NCBI GenBank assembly: GCA_019058445.1
Contig: JAHPZA010000010.1
Location: forward strand, 128,001-192,000
Direction: 5' to 3'
Source: Promethearchaeota archaeon
GTDB taxonomy: Archaea > Asgardarchaeota > Lokiarchaeia > Sigyniarchaeales > SOKP01
Length of the DNA stretch: 64,000 nucleotides
Position numbers and translations under genes: made by a program
Notes under the pieces: generated by a model
Database searches by the model: none
Told to the model about the DNA's origin: nothing
What the model saw: only the letters and a program-made list of their open reading frames with translations
In this document: piece by piece, positions 60,731 to 64,000 of the stretch
Position numbering within the stretch: the stretch's first letter is position 1
Layout of the letters: the number at the start of each line of letters is the position of its first letter

Positions 60731-62881
60731 TTATCCCGAAGCTAACTTTCGCAAACTAAAAAATGTACCAAAAAATAAGAAGAGAATAATAAAGGTGATT
60801 AAGTATTGCTTCTTTTTCTTCATGATCTCCTTAAAATAAGTATTCTGAATAATGATTAAATTAAATACAATTAAAAAAGGTAAAAATCTGGAGTTTAATA
60901 GATAAAATGCAGTAAAAACCTCTCCAGCTAGAAATATAGCGACCATAATAGACGCAGTAGCTAATATTGATAAAATGTAATAATTTTGTTTTAAGTTATC
61001 TTTTTCATAAAAACAAATGCCATAAAAAAATAAAAATAAATTAAATATAATGATAGAATAATTTAATATTAATTCGATTATTACTAGTAAAAGTTCTTTT
61101 TCAAGTAGAAATTGGAAAATGAATTGATTAATAAAGAGAATTATAAAAAAAAATATCGGGATTATTGTATACCTAAGATACTTATTATTGTATAAGTATT
61201 GTATTATATTATGTATTTTTTTCAAAAAAGAAAAGAAAAATCTAAAAAAATAATTTAAGAGATTATAAAATTTAAGTATAAGTAAATAACAACCTATAAT
61301 ATAAAAGATTACTAAAAGCGTTATAATCATTATTATTATTAAACTAAAAGAGAAACCTCCTTTTAATAATGGCAGATCTATAATCACAATAAATAAGTAA
61401 CTCTCAAATAAAGAGGAAAGAAAGGGAATTACCTTAAATAAATAATAAGAGATATGAGCAAAAAATTCTTGAATAATGTACCATAAAATTGTTAACATAT
61501 ATAATAAAATTCCATTTGCTAATAAATTATATTTTAGTTTTTTACTTGAAAACCAATATATATTGTTTTGTTTTAATTTTCTTACGCCAAAAAAAAGAAA
61601 ATAAAAATTATAAATTACCACTAAAATAATAAAATAAATAGGTTCTTCAAAGTGTGATAAACAAAGAAAAAAGAAAAGTAAAAATATCATTCCACCCCCT
61701 ACAATTTTAAGTTTAAATTTCTTAATTAAATTAAAATCATAAAACTCAGAAATTAAAACGAAGAAAATAAACATAGTCAATGGTTTTCCTGTAGCATAAC
61801 GGGCAGATTTAGCAAATTGGGAAATAAAAAGCACAATAATAGTTAGGAATATTAAATTTTTATTTTGTTCAGCATTTTCCTTTAAATTTTTTTCGAATAT
61901 TGAATAAATAAAAAATGGTAATGACAGATAAACTATTGGAAAAATATACCACATAACAAAATAGAGATTCATTTTCGTAGATTCCATAAGAATTATTATA
62001 GTAAAAATTCCTGTAGTATATCTATATGGATAAATTATATTAGGATCATATGCGGTTAAAAAAAAGTTATAATCTGAATTAGCATTAATTCCCCTCTTCT
62101 TATACCCATGTAAAGCAATGGAATTTAAATAAGCATCCCAAGATAAATTGTTTTTAACTTGAAGATGAGGTAGAATCCATAAAACATAAATGAATAAAAA
62201 AATAGAGATTAAAATTAAATACTTGTTTTTGGAAAAAAAAATAAGTGAAGTCAAGGAAGATATTGAAATTACTAAAAAAATATAAAATTGGATAGGTATT
62301 CTTCTGAAAAAAGTGAAGTTATCCTGGTAATCGCGATAATTTTGAGAATAATCATTATTTGGTAAATAACTATAAAAAGCTGATAAACACATAAAAAATA
62401 ATGATACTAAAAAAATTGATAAAATAAATAAAATCTTTAAATTTATTTTTTCTCTTATTATGTTAAATTTAAATCTTATCTCGTAAGAAGAATCTTTTCT
62501 CTTTTCAATATTATATTCAGAAAAAAATATTAAGGATAAAATAAAAATTAAATTCAGAATCTGAATTGATGATATTAAATAAATACCTTCGAACTTAAAA
62601 CCAGTATTGCCGCCCGAAAAATAATTGTAAAGAAGAAGATAACTAAAAAACATAAAAATATTTATAATTGCTAGACTAAGAACTGTCGAATAGCCTATTT
62701 TTTCAATTTTACTTGATTTAGGTCTAATTATTGCTATAAAATTATAGCCTGGTAAAAATAGGGTACATAGAATTCCTAAAATAAGGATTATTGGTTGTAA
62801 AAGGATTGAAAATAAGATAAGATACCAATAAATAAATACTATGAGAATCTCAATATATAAAAACCTTCTATAAAAATTCAT
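60731..62881 (-). CDS. Large polytopic membrane protein (archaeal DUF1616/DUF2206-like, possibly GT-C)
   Basis: Many TMs; LFLPGY ... S.VLSL N-terminal motif; WD loop, SH. Confidence 0.55.
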   Translation of the reverse strand: MNFYRRFLYIEILIVFIYWYLILFSILLQPIILILGILCTLFLPGYNFIAIIRPKSSKIEKIGYSTVLSLAIINIFMFFSYLLLYNYFSGGNTGFKFEGIYLISSIQILNLIFILSLIFFSEYNIEKRKDSSYEIRFKFNIIREKINLKILFILSIFLVSLFFMCLSAFYSYLPNNDYSQNYRDYQDNFTFFRRIPIQFYIFLVISISSLTSLIFFSKNKYLILISIFLFIYVLWILPHLQVKNNLSWDAYLNSIALHGYKKRGINANSDYNFFLTAYDPNIIYPYRYTTGIFTIIILMESTKMNLYFVMWYIFPIVYLSLPFFIYSIFEKNLKENAEQNKNLIFLTIIVLFISQFAKSARYATGKPLTMFIFFVLISEFYDFNLIKKFKLKIVGGGMIFLLFFFLCLSHFEEPIYFIILVVIYNFYFLFFGVRKLKQNNIYWFSSKKLKYNLLANGILLYMLTILWYIIQEFFAHISYYLFKVIPFLSSLFESYLFIVIIDLPLLKGGFSFSLIIIMIITLLVIFYIIGCYLLILKFYNLLNYFFRFFFSFLKKIHNIIQYLYNNKYLRYTIIPIFFFIILFINQFIFQFLLEKELLLVIIELILNYSIIIFNLFLFFYGICFYEKDNLKQNYYILSILATASIMVAIFLAGEVFTAFYLLNSRFLPFLIVFNLIIIQNTYFKEIMKKKKQYLITFIILFLFFGTFFSLRKLASG

Positions 62882-62986
62882 TTATTTGAATATTCTCATT
62901 TTATAGCTTTAAAATATTAAATGTTACTTAGTTTTTATATTATGGATATTAACTTAGATAGTGTTAATTTAATTAATCTAATGATT

Positions 62987-63682
62987 TTAATTGGATTTTT
63001 TTTGGGCAACAATTACACAACATTTACCAAAAATATGAAATCTCTTTCTTAATAAAACAGAATTTATAAAAGGAAATTCTACAGCCTCTACTTGGAGTAT
63101 TCTTAAACCAGTATCTCTAATCATTTTCATCCATCCAAAGGATGAATGTGAAAATATATGATAAGGAGATTTACCAATACGTATTTTAAACTTTTCAAAT
63201 AGTCCCGGACCGCTAAAAATTAATATACCATTATTTTTTAAAAGATGATTTATTGAATTCAATACTTTGCAAGCATTCTTTTCTGAAAGATGTTCAAGCA
63301 CATCTAAAGCAGTAATATAGTTAAATTTCATATTATTAAATAACTTGTCAATCTCAAGTATATCTCCCCTTATTATTTTGAAATTTTCCTTTTGAAATTT
63401 TTTTATACACATGTTTATTGATTCTTTATCTAAATCTATTCCATAAATCTCTTCAAATTTATTTTTTACTAATTCTATTAACGCACCAGTTCCCATTCCC
63501 AAATCTAAGAGATTTTTAGATTTCTTGATATAAGTATTGACAATCCTTATTTTTTTATACATTAATTTATTTTTTTTTTTGTAATTCTTATCTAATTGTT
63601 TAAGATTTAATTTTTTAAATGTCATCATCAACAATTTTTTTTTCTTTTTTTTTATATTCAAAAAAAAACTAAAAACATTCAA
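62987..63682 (-). CDS. Class I SAM-dependent methyltransferase
   Basis: LLDLGMGTG, GID, DVLEHL, LKNNGILI. Confidence 0.88.
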   Translation of the reverse strand: MNVFSFFLNIKKKKKKLLMMTFKKLNLKQLDKNYKKKNKLMYKKIRIVNTYIKKSKNLLDLGMGTGALIELVKNKFEEIYGIDLDKESINMCIKKFQKENFKIIRGDILEIDKLFNNMKFNYITALDVLEHLSEKNACKVLNSINHLLKNNGILIFSGPGLFEKFKIRIGKSPYHIFSHSSFGWMKMIRDTGLRILQVEAVEFPFINSVLLRKRFHIFGKCCVIVAQKKSN

Positions 63683-64000
63683 TTTGTTTTAACAGCAATT
63701 TAAGTTTCTCAATATCAACTAGAATATTATTTCCTATACTGTAATCTTCCCTATTTTTTGAAAGCGGTCTTCCTTCACCAAGAAGATAATAATAATCTAA
63801 GTTTATTTGATTACTTAAAGCAAAATAACAAGTATTTATATATCTGGGAAAAAAAATTTCGATTACTCGCGTTTTTGGTTTACAAAATACAAGATTAACC
63901 AATCCAGCTCCATGGGGGGCAATAATAATTTTGGCGGATTGAAAAATTTCTACTTGTTTTATAAATTCAATATCCTCAAGAAAGACTTTCTTAAATCCAT
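63669..64000 (-). CDS. Partial GT61 (DUF563) glycosyltransferase, 3' end; starts beyond the window
   Basis: Reading frame extends to the window edge: GFKKVFLEDIEFIKQVEIFQSAKIIIAPHGAGLVNLVFC...VIEIF. Confidence 0.85.
   Translation of the reverse strand, partial: GFKKVFLEDIEFIKQVEIFQSAKIIIAPHGAGLVNLVFCKPKTRVIEIFFPRYINTCYFALSNQINLDYYYLLGEGRPLSKNREDYSIGNNILVDIEKLKLLLKQIECF

Noticed and set aside
63570-63653. T11 and two T9 runs in the methyltransferase 5' region as phase-variable tracts
   Set aside because: The frame is intact, and such runs are frequent in this AT-rich, Lys-rich sequence.
1-64000. CRISPR arrays, tRNA/rRNA genes, IS elements, selenocysteine readthrough
   Set aside because: I saw no spaced repeats, GC-rich structured RNA stretches, transposase ORFs or in-frame TGA at conserved Cys positions. 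tRNAscan/Infernal were not run.

Overview
AT-rich prokaryotic DNA, most likely from an Asgard archaeon of Lokiarchaeia type. This is an inference from the UEV/RWD-RING protein, the giant LamG surface protein, the archaeal RHH protein and the split transketolase. Most of the window is a cell-surface glycosylation region. It encodes about a dozen GT2/GT4/GT11/GT61/GT-C glycosyltransferases, nucleotide-sugar enzymes (GDP-mannose dehydratase, UDP-sulfoquinovose synthase, UDP-GlcNAc 2-epimerase), a heptose operon (hddA-gmhA-rpe-hldE-like-transketolase), methyltransferases, four alkaline-phosphatase-superfamily proteins and a sulfate-activation operon (TauE-RHH-sat-AlkP-cysC). Housekeeping genes are pheA, a bacterial-type rph and ileS. 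Highlights: (1) a FANCL-like protein with four tandem catalytically dead E2/RWD folds and a C-terminal C4HC3 RING; (2) a two-locus sulfur-glycan system pairing AlkP-family paralogs with Sat/CysC and with a Cys-domain-fused SqdB plus thioredoxin, with no APS/PAPS reductase in the window; (3) three unannotated small tail-anchored peptides around the TauE gene; (4) an IleRS with a GIHH signature; (5) an HldE-like pseudokinase; (6) unannotated pseudogenes (sulfotransferase, HTH/Cys-rich). I recognised no rRNA, tRNA, CRISPR array or transposase. All calls come from reading motifs by eye, with no database searches.
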